Of a stretch of 64,000 bases of DNA, positions 9,000 through 19,200 are shown piece by piece (position 1 is the first letter of the stretch; the number at the start of each line of letters is the position of its first letter). Both the position numbers and the translations under genes were made by a program. The stretch comes from an uncultured bacterium (GTDB lineage: Bacteria > Verrucomicrobiota > Verrucomicrobiia > Verrucomicrobiales > DEV007): the NCBI GenBank assembly GCA_963977015.1, contig CAXBMO010000028.1, positions 1-64,000 of the forward strand, given 5' to 3'. A model generated the notes under the pieces. That model searched no databases. It had not been told where the DNA came from and saw only the letters and a program-made list of their open reading frames with translations.

Positions 9000-9383
9000 T
9001 CAGGCGTTCAGCTTGTTGCGGAACTCTTTGTCGAGGCCGCTGCGGATGCCTTTGGCAAAGAAGCGCAACTTGGGGGCGAGCTTGATGTTGGCGCGCAGAT
9101 TGTTGCCGGAAAACGTGATCGTTCCGCCGACCGAACCGGTGTCGTTGCTCACCGTGATGGTGTTGCCGTTCCAATCGAATTTCAGATCGAACTTGTCGGC
9201 CAACTTGGCTTCAATCGCCTTGAGGCCGTCCAGGTATTCGGTGACCTCGCCATCCGTGGTGTAGTTCAGGGAGATGAGAACCTCGTCCGCGGCTTGAGCC
9301 TGAGTAGCGGTTCCGAAGATGGCGATGGTTGCGAAAGCTGCAGAAAAGAAGAAGCGGATGGAAGAAGAAGTGATGTTTTTCAT
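9000..9383 (-). CDS. Secreted small protein, PHA_gran_rgn-like fold (paralog C)
   Basis: Signal peptide ending AQA; EYLDGLKAIEAKLADKFDLKFDWNGNTITVSNDTGSVGGTITF identical to paralog A. Confidence 0.87.
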   Translation of the reverse strand: MKNITSSSIRFFFSAAFATIAIFGTATQAQAADEVLISLNYTTDGEVTEYLDGLKAIEAKLADKFDLKFDWNGNTITVSNDTGSVGGTITFSGNNLRANIKLAPKLRFFAKGIRSGLDKEFRNKLNA

Positions 9384-9436
9384 GAGATTGGTAGGTTGGT
9401 ATGGTTGGTTTGTAGGTGGTGGAATTGCGTTCCACC

Positions 9437-9468
9437 GGTTCCTTACCGACCCGCCCGACAGGGTTACA
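9437..9468 (-). promoter_or_regulatory. Putative ECF promoter P5: TGTAAC-N15-GGTAAGGAACC
   Basis: Exact motif followed by the same GGTGGAACGCAATTCCACC hairpin and leader as P1. Confidence 0.75.
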
Positions 9469-9622
9469 AAGTTTTGGGAAAAAAAGTGAAACCGCGCATT
9501 TCACAGGGAGGTTTCGCCGCAAAGACACGACTTCAAAGTTACTCGCGGAGGATTCGATACCGCCATTCCTCGGGATGGCTGCCTTGGAATGTTCACCTTG
9601 CAATTCCGATGATGGAATCCCC

Positions 9623-9661
9623 AAAAAACAAAAATCCCCGACTTCGAGGTGAAGCCGGGGC
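9623..9661 (-). terminator. Terminator of 9701-10159
   Basis: Minus strand CCCCGGCTTC-acctc-GAAGTCGGGG then ATTTTTGTTTTTT. Confidence 0.8.
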
Positions 9662-9700
9662 CTTGTGGGCAATTTGACTGGTGCTGAGAAGCTTACGGTT

Positions 9701-10159
9701 TCAGCGTGTCAACGTCCTTTCGATGTAGTCATTACCATGCACAAATGGAGTGATGTCGTAGGTGTAGATGCGAGATGAATTCGAGAGATGGCGGTGGAAT
9801 TTTTCCAGGTAAAAGGTGAAATCTCCGTAGTGATTTGGGACAACCGTAACCGGAACGCCATGATTCTCCCGGCCTGTTTTCGGTATTCCGTTGGTATCAA
9901 TGTTGATTGCAAGCCAATAGACTGCAGTGATTTTGTTTTTGGACAACGTGACACGATGGACGGTCCCTTTCTTGTAGAGATAGCTTTCGTCAAAGTAGAG
10001 TTTTGAGCTGCCACGTTCTTTCCAAACAATCAGCGTTTGATACTCGGAATTGGATTCAGAGACAATTCGGATCTCGATTTCTTCGGCTTGGGTTCCGGAA
10101 ATACCGGCCACGGACGCGAGAACGAACAGGAAGGCCGTGATGGATTGATGTGCTTTCAT
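9701..10159 (-). CDS. Secreted hypothetical protein (beta-rich, lower GC)
   Basis: ATG 10159, signal peptide MKAHQSITAFLFVLASVAGISGTQA; own promoter and terminator. Confidence 0.75.
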   Translation of the reverse strand: MKAHQSITAFLFVLASVAGISGTQAEEIEIRIVSESNSEYQTLIVWKERGSSKLYFDESYLYKKGTVHRVTLSKNKITAVYWLAINIDTNGIPKTGRENHGVPVTVVPNHYGDFTFYLEKFHRHLSNSSRIYTYDITPFVHGNDYIERTLTR

Positions 10160-10212
10160 CGGATAATGGGAGTTTGGTTCTGGATGGATGGTTGGAAGCA
10201 TCGCGTTCCACC

Positions 10213-10244
10213 GGTTCCTTACCGGCCCGCCTGACGACGTTACA
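10213..10244 (-). promoter_or_regulatory. Putative ECF promoter P6: TGTAAC-N15-GGTAAGGAACC
   Basis: Exact motif, followed by GGTGGAACGC as in P1/P5. Confidence 0.75.
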
Positions 10245-10350
10245 AAGTTTTGGGAAAAAGTTGGAGATCGGGAGATTGCGGCCAATCACTCCGCCCCGCT
10301 CCAAAAGCCCTGCTTTCCCCGATGAAACCCGCAATCCTCCACGGAATCTC

Positions 10351-13300
10351 ATGGCAGAGTCCGGCATTCCAAGTTCAAAATATTGCGTCCAATGCGCTGC
10401 TCCACTTCCGGCGAAGACGAAACGCGGAGAGAACACCTGCCTGAAGTGTCTCTTTTTAGGAGTGCTCGGTGAAAAAGCGGACGAAACGCTCGTCGATCGG
10501 AATTCCGCGCCGGACGACACCTCGACCGAGAATGAACGCCAAATTGGCCCCTACCAACTCCTCGACTCGGTCGCGGCCGGCGGGATGGGCGAAGTCTTCA
10601 TCGCGGAACAACGCGAACCGGTCCAACGCCTCGTCGCGCTGAAGATCGTCAAAGCCGGGATGGACAGTCGCGAAGTGCTCCGCCGATTCGAGGCTGAGCG
10701 CCAGGCCCTCGCGATTCTGGATCACCCGAACATCGCCCACGTTTACGACGCCGGCACCGCGCCTTCCGGCCGGCCGTTTTTCGTGATGGAGTTGGTCGAT
10801 GGCGATTCAATCACGGATTACTGCGATCGCAAACGCCTCAATTCCCGGCAACGTCTCCAGCTCTTCGTCAAAGTCTGCGATGCGGTCCAGCACGCTCACC
10901 AACGCGGCATCATTCATCGCGATCTCAAGCCTTCCAACATCCTGGTGGAAGAAGATGACCACGGCCATCCCACGCCCAAAGTGATCGACTTCGGGATCGC
11001 CAAAGCGATGGATCGTGAGCTGACCCAGCGCACCGTGGAAACCCAGGTCGGCGACCTGCTCGGCACGCCGCAATACATGAGCCCGGAGCAGGCGCTCGGC
11101 GACAACGACGCGATCGACACCCGAACCGACATCTATTCGCTCGGCGTGATTCTCTACGAATTGCTCACCGGTCATCCGCCGATTTCCGCGCAACAAATCC
11201 AGAGCGCGGGGATGCTCGGAGTTGGCAAACTCATCCTGGAAACCGAACCGGAGCGCCCCAGCGCAAAGCTTCGTACGATGGGCAAGGAAGCTGAGACCGT
11301 GGCGGATCGGCGGCGGACCGATTCCGCTCAATTGACCAGCTCGCTTCGCCAAGAATAGGATTGGGTGACGCTGAAGTGCCTGGAAAAGGAAAAGGAGCGC
11401 CGCTACGCAACGGCCAACGCCCTGGCCCGGGAATTGGAACGCCATCTGAGCGACGAAGTCGTCGAAGCGCGCCCGCCGACCGTCAGCTACCGGCTCAAAA
11501 AGACGATTCGGCGCAATCGGGTCGCGGTTACCGCGGGATCGTTGGTCCTGTTGGCGATTTTCGCAGGGGCGGGATTGGCAGTTTGGCAGGCGATTCAAGC
11601 CACTGAGGCAAACCAGGAGACCAGCGTCCTTCTGGCGGGAGGCTATGTGGAGAAAGGTTGGGAGTGTCTGGAAAAAGGTGACGCTTCACAAGCACTACTT
11701 TGGCATACCAAGGCGCTGGAGGTCGCGGCAAACCGAGGTGGCGTTGCAAGGAACGCGGAATTGCCATACCGGCAGAGCGCGGGCTGGGCTTGGTCGCTGG
11801 CACCTAAACCGGTTGGCGTTCTCAAACCCGGAATTCAGTTCAAGGTGGACCATATTTGGAAAGATCCCAACAGTGACCGCGCTATTTTGGTAAGTCCAAC
11901 TACGGGAATCGAAGTCTGGGATCTCCGGAAGGGGAAAGTGGTGATTCCGCGGCACTCCATCAAGTTCGAACTGGTTGCGGCTGATGAGGATCGGCGGCGT
12001 TTTGCTCTACTCGCCAATGGGGAAGTCGCCCTCCATCACTTTGATCAGCCGATGAAAGCCATCTGGACTACGCAGCTGGAGGGCAATGAGGATTCCACCT
12101 TTCAACAACTCAAATTTTCCCACAATGCGAAGCTATTGGTGGTTGCGAGCGATCAAATGGTATTGACAGTGCTGGATAGCGAAAGTGGGACAGTCTTACG
12201 AAAACTGGATCTTGGTGACGGGCTGAAAAGGCAGAATGTCGAACTCCAGATGAGCGAGGTCGATGATCTTGCGGCAACCCATTCCAGGTCGCGTGGGCCC
12301 AACCATGTGGGAATCGGAAATCTCCATACGGGCAAAGTGCTTTTTTCCAATCTTTACGCGACCAATCAAAAAAGCACGGCATCGGCCTTTTCAATCGATG
12401 GGAAACAATTTGTCTTGGGAGAAAATTTTAAGGAATTGAGGATTCTTGATCTCGCGACGGGGCGTATGGAGCCCTCTTCGCTCAAACTGGTGAACAGAAT
12501 TTCCCCGACCAGCGTCTTCTTCAATTCGACGGGCCGAAATCTCTTTTGCCGCTATGGCGGGGGAAGTATTACCGGTTGGAATTGGCGGGAGAAGGATCGT
12601 CTCTTTGCCAGGACGCCCGGGTTCAAAAAACTCGAATTGGAAGCGAATAGGGAAGAGCTACTCTTGACTGCGGTAGATCGCGCGGGACTGCTGCTCAATG
12701 CCCAAACCGGAGAAACCACGATGCTGTTCCAAGATTCAACTGATCTCCGTGGGGCAACATTTCTTCAAGAACTCGTCGTAACAGGCGGGCAACCTGGTCC
12801 ATCGAATCCGAGGCCTATTCCGACCGTTTGGAAAGTGCCCAACAACAGACGTGGGCAGCCGTTGACAAACTCCGGTGGAGGCACGGGACAGAGTATGTCC
12901 TCGCGTATTCAGTCATCCCAATATGATCCGGTAAACAACCTGATCTCGACCGTGGTTGCAGAAGGTGCAACCATTTGGGATTCGGACACGGGAGAGGTCG
13001 TTTTCCGTTATTACGACGCCAACGATCCGATTTATTTCGCCCGCCTTTTTGCCGAAGGCAGGCTCTTGGCTGTGGTTGGCGCACAGAACATCATCAAGGT
13101 TATCGAGATCGAGAGCGGGAAACTCAAAACATCGATCAAACCGGAGCGGCCAGTGTATCGCATTGATGTCTCACCCAACGGAAAATGGCTAGCCGCCCAA
13201 GATTATCTTGAGACGAAACCTGAAAACTTGGGAGAAACGATTCGGTTTTGGCGCTTGCCTGGTGGAGAGCTGATTCATTCCATTCCCGCCAAGTTGGTTT

Positions 13301-14739
13301 ATGCGGAGCGAAGCGGCCTCCGATTCACTTCTGATGAGCGTTTTGCTCTTATGCAGAGTAAGGATGCGCGTTACAGCGATTCCGAACAGAACGAGGCCAC
13401 GCTTTTGGATTTGGAAACGGGCGAGACGTGGGAGTATTCAGCGGATCCTGAGCGGGAAATGGAAATGAGTTGGGATACGCTCGTATATAAAAGTGCCTAT
13501 TTTTGTGCCAATCAACTGACGTTCATCGATGAGCGCACCCTTGTCCTCGGCCGTTCCATTTGGAGAATTCAACCCGAGGGAGGCATGGAGCGAATCGGGC
13601 GACTTCGCAAGCCAGAGGATGCCACGACTTCCACGAAAATTCCCGGGACCAGCCATGTCCTCGTTGACCATGGCGTAGAGGGAGTGTTTCAAGCTTTTGA
13701 TGTAGAGACTCAAGCTCCGGTTTCAATTCCGATCTCTCATGGAGGCAAAATCACCGCCCTCGCAGTCGACCCAACCGGACGAATTGCGGCTTCCGGAGGA
13801 TTTAGGGGCCGCATCCGATTATGGGATCTGGGCACGGGCCTACCGGTGAGTCCGTGGATGGGAGAACCGGAATCTCCCGAGATCGTCCGTCTGATTTTCG
13901 CTTCAAATGGGAAAACCCTGATTTCCATGGATCGGGAGGGGAAGATCAGGCTATGGCGAATACCGACCCCGGTAGAGTTGCCGTTGGAAGATCTACGCGA
14001 GGTTTCAGAAACGGTCGCTCGGCGTAAAATTCTAGAAGGGGGGCGTCTGCAACCGTTCAGCTCGGAAGAGGTTGTCGAACGATGGGAAGAAGGCAGGCAC
14101 CCACAATGGACGCGTGCTGATCTGCCGTTGATCGAGGATGGTGGTTCGATTTCATTGTTTGATGGAAACAGCCTGGGAAACTGGGATGCTCGGTTTTCGA
14201 ATGATCCCGGATTTTCGATCAGGAATGGTCTTCTGAAGCTGAGTCGCCCCGACGATGAGACTCCCCAATGGATATGGGCGGTCGATCAGAATGGAAAAGA
14301 ACTGCAATTCCGGGATTTCCAACTTCGGCTGAAATATTGGGCGGAACCTGATGGACATGGCTACGTGTTTTTTCACTCCAGCAAGGTTAAATCGGGTCAA
14401 CCAGTGCCGGGAAATGGAGTTGCGATCGGCGGAGCGACGACGAATCCTCTGTTTGGCGATCACGCCGGTTCCATTCCTTCCCTCTATGCCTGGAAAGGCG
14501 ATGCGCTGGTTTCTGGGCCAAATCGATGGCATGAGCTGGAGATCGAGGTTCGCGGAAATCGCATCGTGACGAGAATTGATGGAACCACCGTCGCCTTCTG
14601 GGAAGAACCTGAGAATTGGGAAGGCTTCTCGCAGCCGTATCTGTTCACCAAAAAATTGGGTTCAGGAACGTTCGGGCTGCGCCTTGTTCGGGGAACGATT
14701 TTTCTGAAGGACATCCGTGTTAGGCGGCTGGATGACTAA
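10351..14739 (+). pseudogene. Ser/Thr kinase-TM-WD40-DUF1080 protein interrupted by one in-frame TAG (11356-11358)
   Basis: CxxC...CxxC N-terminus, GGMGEV, HRDLKPSNIL, DFGIAK, GTPQYMSPEQ; SLRQE*DWVTLKCLEKEKERRY matches the family pattern LRGELDWIVMKALEKDRxRRY; WD40 repeats; SLFDGNSLGNW...WHELEIEVRG...GTFGL..FLKDIRVR DUF1080. Confidence 0.88.
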
Positions 14740-14823
14740 AACCCGTCCGGCTCTCGCACGCCACCAACCGGTTCCCCTGGGCATCTCTTGAAGGCGGCTT
14801 TTCTTTTGCCCTGCGCCCCCGGC

Positions 14824-15309
14824 CTACAACGCTCGTTCCCTTTCCCAATCCTCGCAGATACGCGTCCTGGTTTCCTGATCCTTTTTCCGGAGTTCATTGA
14901 GTTTTCCTTCTTTCTCAAGCTTCATCAGCACCTCGATACTTTGCCTCCCGTTTTGAATCGCCAGATCATCGGCCTTCCATTGGTTGGCCTCGCGGTAGAG
15001 ATTGGCCACTTTCCAGAACAGGCTGCTCAGGCTTTCCCGGTTTCCAACGTGCGATGGCCGAATCTCAATCTGTTTTTCCGCTGTCTTGACCGCGAGGAGC
15101 GCGGCTTCGATGGCTCCGTTCAGATCTTTCCGGGCCTTGAGAATTTCCGATCTCCGGATGTAGATATCCTTGAGTTCCCTCCACCGCTTTTGCGACTCCG
15201 TGACCTGGGGATGGAATTCCCGGACCAGAATTCGTTCCGCTTCGGTGATGTAGCTGAGAGCGAGGTCCAGTTGCTGTTCCCAACGGACTGTGAACGCACC
15301 AACTGCCAC
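14824..15309 (-). CDS. Helical (TPR-like) hypothetical protein, possibly a truncated C-terminal remnant
   Basis: Amphipathic helical pattern, RPSHVGNRESLSSLFWKVANL; directly downstream of the ECF gene. Confidence 0.5.
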   Translation of the reverse strand: MAVGAFTVRWEQQLDLALSYITEAERILVREFHPQVTESQKRWRELKDIYIRRSEILKARKDLNGAIEAALLAVKTAEKQIEIRPSHVGNRESLSSLFWKVANLYREANQWKADDLAIQNGRQSIEVLMKLEKEGKLNELRKKDQETRTRICEDWERERAL

Positions 15310-15321
15310 CTCCTGATGCCG

Positions 15322-16092
15322 TCAGCCCAGCGCCGAGAGCAGATGCCGCAGTTCCTGATCAATTGAGCCAGCTTCCGATTGATCCATGGTTTGGCGGACT
15401 TCGTCTTCGAGCAATTCACGGTAACGCGCCCGCAGGCGGTGCACCCGGACCTTCAGATTTCCTTCGCTGATCCCGAGTTTCGAGGCAGCGTCGGCGTAGC
15501 TGATTTCGGCGGAATTCCAAGCCATGAAATCCTTCAAGACCTCGAACTCCTCTTCCTTACCCTTTTTGGAAAAGTCTTCTCCGAGCCGTTTCATCACGGA
15601 TTCAAGAAGCAGCCGAGCCCAGCTGCGATCGAGGATTTGCTCCGGCGTCAGGTTGTCGACCGGCTCCGCCTCGTAGCGCCCTTCCGCCCATTCCTGATTG
15701 ATGGAAAGGTGGGTTTGCCCGCCACCTCGTTTCTGCGCTTGTTTGGCGCGGTATTCCTTGGCTCGATATTTCTTGATGGCGTCAATGAGAAAGGTTCTGA
15801 GTTTGCCTTTGTCGCGATCCGCCGCCTCAAGAAAATCTTTCTCGACCAAGGCCGCGAAAAAGCCCTGCACCTCGTCCGAGGAATCGTCGGGCGGCGCCCC
15901 CTGACTGCGAACAAAGGCATACAACGGATACCAATAGTCTTCGCAAAGTTTACTGAGGGCCTCAAAGGAATCCGGCTCACTCACATCCGAGGCGCGGCGA
16001 ACCAGCGTCCAGCGAGTTTGCGGAAAGGAACCCGGACTCGCCTGGGCGAGCGTTTCCTGGGAAAGTGGAATGTTACCTGTCTCACTCATCAA
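15322..16092 (-). CDS. ECF sigma factor of the Ser/Thr-kinase-associated PVC type
   Basis: FPQTRWTLVRRA...EALSKLCEDYWYPLYAFVR, KGKLRTFLI, region 4 SYADAASKLGISEGNLKVRVHRLRARYR. Confidence 0.92.
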   Translation of the reverse strand: MMSETGNIPLSQETLAQASPGSFPQTRWTLVRRASDVSEPDSFEALSKLCEDYWYPLYAFVRSQGAPPDDSSDEVQGFFAALVEKDFLEAADRDKGKLRTFLIDAIKKYRAKEYRAKQAQKRGGGQTHLSINQEWAEGRYEAEPVDNLTPEQILDRSWARLLLESVMKRLGEDFSKKGKEEEFEVLKDFMAWNSAEISYADAASKLGISEGNLKVRVHRLRARYRELLEDEVRQTMDQSEAGSIDQELRHLLSALG

Positions 16093-16253
16093 TGACTAGA
16101 CTACCCAAATCTTTGAGAGCGGGAAGACAATTTCACCTCGAATGTCCGGTTTTTGCGGTCATTGCCCCCATTTCTCCAGTCTTGCCCTGCCCCAAAACCT
16201 TGCTAACATGTCATGGAATTCTGTAGCCTCCCCCGAAGCTTCGGTTTCTCCGC

Positions 16254-19200
16254 ATGAATGCTTCCTCCCATGGTCCTGCCTTGACGCGCAAGCGTGCCCT
16301 GGTCGTGCAAAACGACGCAGGAACACGGAAATTGATCTGTGAGCAGTTGATGAATTTCGGCTTTGATGTCGATGCCGGGGCAACGGTTGCAGACGGCGCT
16401 TCGCTCTATCGCTACCAACCTCTGGTCGTAACCTCAACCGAACGCGACCCGATGATGCCCCGCGGCTTCATTGCGTGGTTGCACGAAAATCACCAGGACG
16501 AAAGCAGCCGCCCTTACATTCTCGCCATTTCCGATCGGGAGTCGTCGCTGAGTACGCCGCCGCAGAACCGGGCTTGGGATGAGCTGCTCACGCTTCCGCT
16601 CAAAGCTTCGGAGCTGAAACACCGGATCCAGGCCATCGGCACCTGGGTGGACAGTTTTCTGGAGGGTCAAGGCAAGGGGAACAGCGACGTCCGGGCTTAT
16701 CCCGAAGAAGCCGTTGAGGCGGTTCCCGTTGCCGAGCCCCCGGAGCGGGAGCGGATTGTGGTGCGGGCAAAGTTTCCCAATCGCAAGGCTCAGACGGTTG
16801 AGGCGGCTCCGCAGCAACGCCTTGCCGAATCTTCAACGTCAAATCCCGGCGTGGCGACCAAGCCGGTCATGAAGGTGCCGCCGCCGCCCAGCCTGGTGTC
16901 GCCCAAAACGGCGCCGGTCAAACCGATTACCCCGCCAACCGGTCCGGTTGCAGAGCGAACCAAGCCGCGGCCCGCGATGCGCAACACGGGGTTGATGTCG
17001 CCGACCGAGCAGTTTCAAGCGTTGGTCGACAACGCGCCCGTCGCTTTGGCGATGCTGGATCTGGATCTGCGATACCTGGTGGTGAACCGAAGGTGGCTCC
17101 GCGATTTCCGATTGGAGAACGTGGAGGTGATCGGACGGAAGCACCTGGAGGTGTTTCCCCAACTTGGCGAAAACTGGTCGCACATTTACAACCGTGCCCT
17201 GGAGGGGATGCCGGATCGAAGTCAGCCGGATATCTTCGTGCATGCGGACGGAACCCAGGATTGGGTGCGCTGGGAGGTGCAGCCGTGGACGAATTCCTCG
17301 CGCGAGATTCAGGGCATCACGATCAGCTGTGAAGCGGTCAATCAAAATCCCTCCACCAATTCCCCTTCGGAACTTGAGTTGGTTGGACATTCCCTGCTCA
17401 AGGGCAAGGTAACGCCGGTCATCAGCCTGAATATGGAAGGCACCATTGAAGGTGCGAGCGAGGCGTGCCTGGGATTCGCCTCCAACACGGTGACCACGCT
17501 GAAGGGGGAGCGATTCTGGGACATTTTTGTCAGCAACCATCAACGCGACGACGTCAAGCTGAGCTATCTGGCTGCGGCGAAGGAAACCCGCGAGAACGAA
17601 TACTTCGCGTTTCCACCGACGTTCGTCACCGAGGTGAATCTCAGCTCGGGCGGCGAGACAACGATGGCGTGGACGAACTCCCCTCGTTATGATGGCACGG
17701 GCCGCGTTTCCGGCGTCGTCTGCCTTGGCATTCCAATTGGCGATGGTTCCGCCCTGCTCGGCGACATCGACAAAGCGCGCAAAGGCCGGCAAAGCCTGTC
17801 GGGCGCCGCGTCCTATTATGCGACTGAACCCTCGGCGATTCTGGAGCAGATTTCGTTCGGGATCGTTCTCCTCGATCCTCAGCGCAACACACTTTACGCG
17901 AATCCGGAACACCGCCATCTGCTCGGTTACGATGTGGAGACGTTTGACGACATTGAAGACTGGATTCGTCAGGCGGCACCCAATCCCAATCACAGCCACA
18001 CTTTGCTGGAGGAGTGGCGCACGAGCGTCTGGCAGCAACAGGTTACCAAAATCTTAAGCCTGAGAACCCGCGATGGCGTGATGCGCGAAATCGAGTTTCG
18101 CCCGCGGCCGACGTCCGACGGCGGATTGATGTTGACCCTTTTCGACGTCACGGAGCGACGACGCGGCGAGGAAGCTCTGCGGTCGAGCGAAGCGAAATTC
18201 CGCGCGTTGTTTCAAGACGCCGGCGTGGGAATTGTTCTGGAAGACACGACCGGGGCGATTTTTGACGCAAACCCGATTTTCGAATCAATCATTGGTGCTT
18301 CCCGGTCCGATCTGCGGCGCAGCGGGATGCAGGATTGGGTCGAACATTCCGACCGCCCGCAAATTGGGTTGGCGCTGCAAAAGCTCGATCCGGCGGAAGC
18401 GTCGCGACGTCCCGTGACACTCGAGATTCGACTTGTCCGCCAGGATCAATCCCAGCTGATCGCCCGCACCACCATCTCGCGAGTCTACGATGGAAATGAG
18501 CGGCTGCTCTACACGGCTTACTTTATTCAGGACGTCACGGCCGAGCGCGAAGCGACTTCCAACTTCCAATTGGCCGAGCAACAGAATCGGGCACTCTTCC
18601 AGGCCATCCCGGATTTAATCCTGCTGCTCGATTCGACCGGCCGCGTCATCGACGTCATCCCGGCCGCCAGCGGCATGTTGCTGAACGATGCGGCCCAGGG
18701 CATTGGGAAGCGTCTCTCCGAAATCGCACCCGCTCTCGCCGAACATGAAAGCAGGCTCCTGCAGCAGGCCATTGGGCAGGACGGGATCGTGGTTCAGGAA
18801 TTTGTCCAACCGTTCGCCGATGGAAGTTCCAAAGCCCTGACCGCGCGTTTGGCACGTTGCGGAACCGATCACGTGGTTGCGGTGATTCAGGTCAACACCG
18901 ATTCTCGCGATTCCAACAACGAGCTGCGAAGACTGGCACTTACTTTTGGCCTCAGCCAGGACGCCGTCATCATCACGAACCTCGCCGGCAAAATTACCGA
19001 ATGGAATCCGGCGGCGGAACGAATGTTCGGCTATCGCACCGAGGAGATCATCGGTCACGGCCTTGCGACGTTGTTCAGCCCCAACGACCGTCCCGCCTTC
19101 AACAACGTGATCGCTGACAGCCTCACCGAGCAGGGCGAATGGGGCGGCGAAGTCGACTACTTCCGCTCAGACGGCAGCCAAGCCCGCGCCAACGTGATCT

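Noticed and set aside
3594-10244. Repeated motif as CRISPR repeats or integron attC sites
   Set aside because: Irregular spacing up to kilobases, mixed orientation, no cas or integrase gene, located 5' of genes with fixed two-box spacing typical of promoters
11356-11358. Genome-wide TAG reassignment or pyrrolysine
   Set aside because: TAG ends intact genes normally here (e.g. 3501, 27829, 49452), and the position corresponds to Leu
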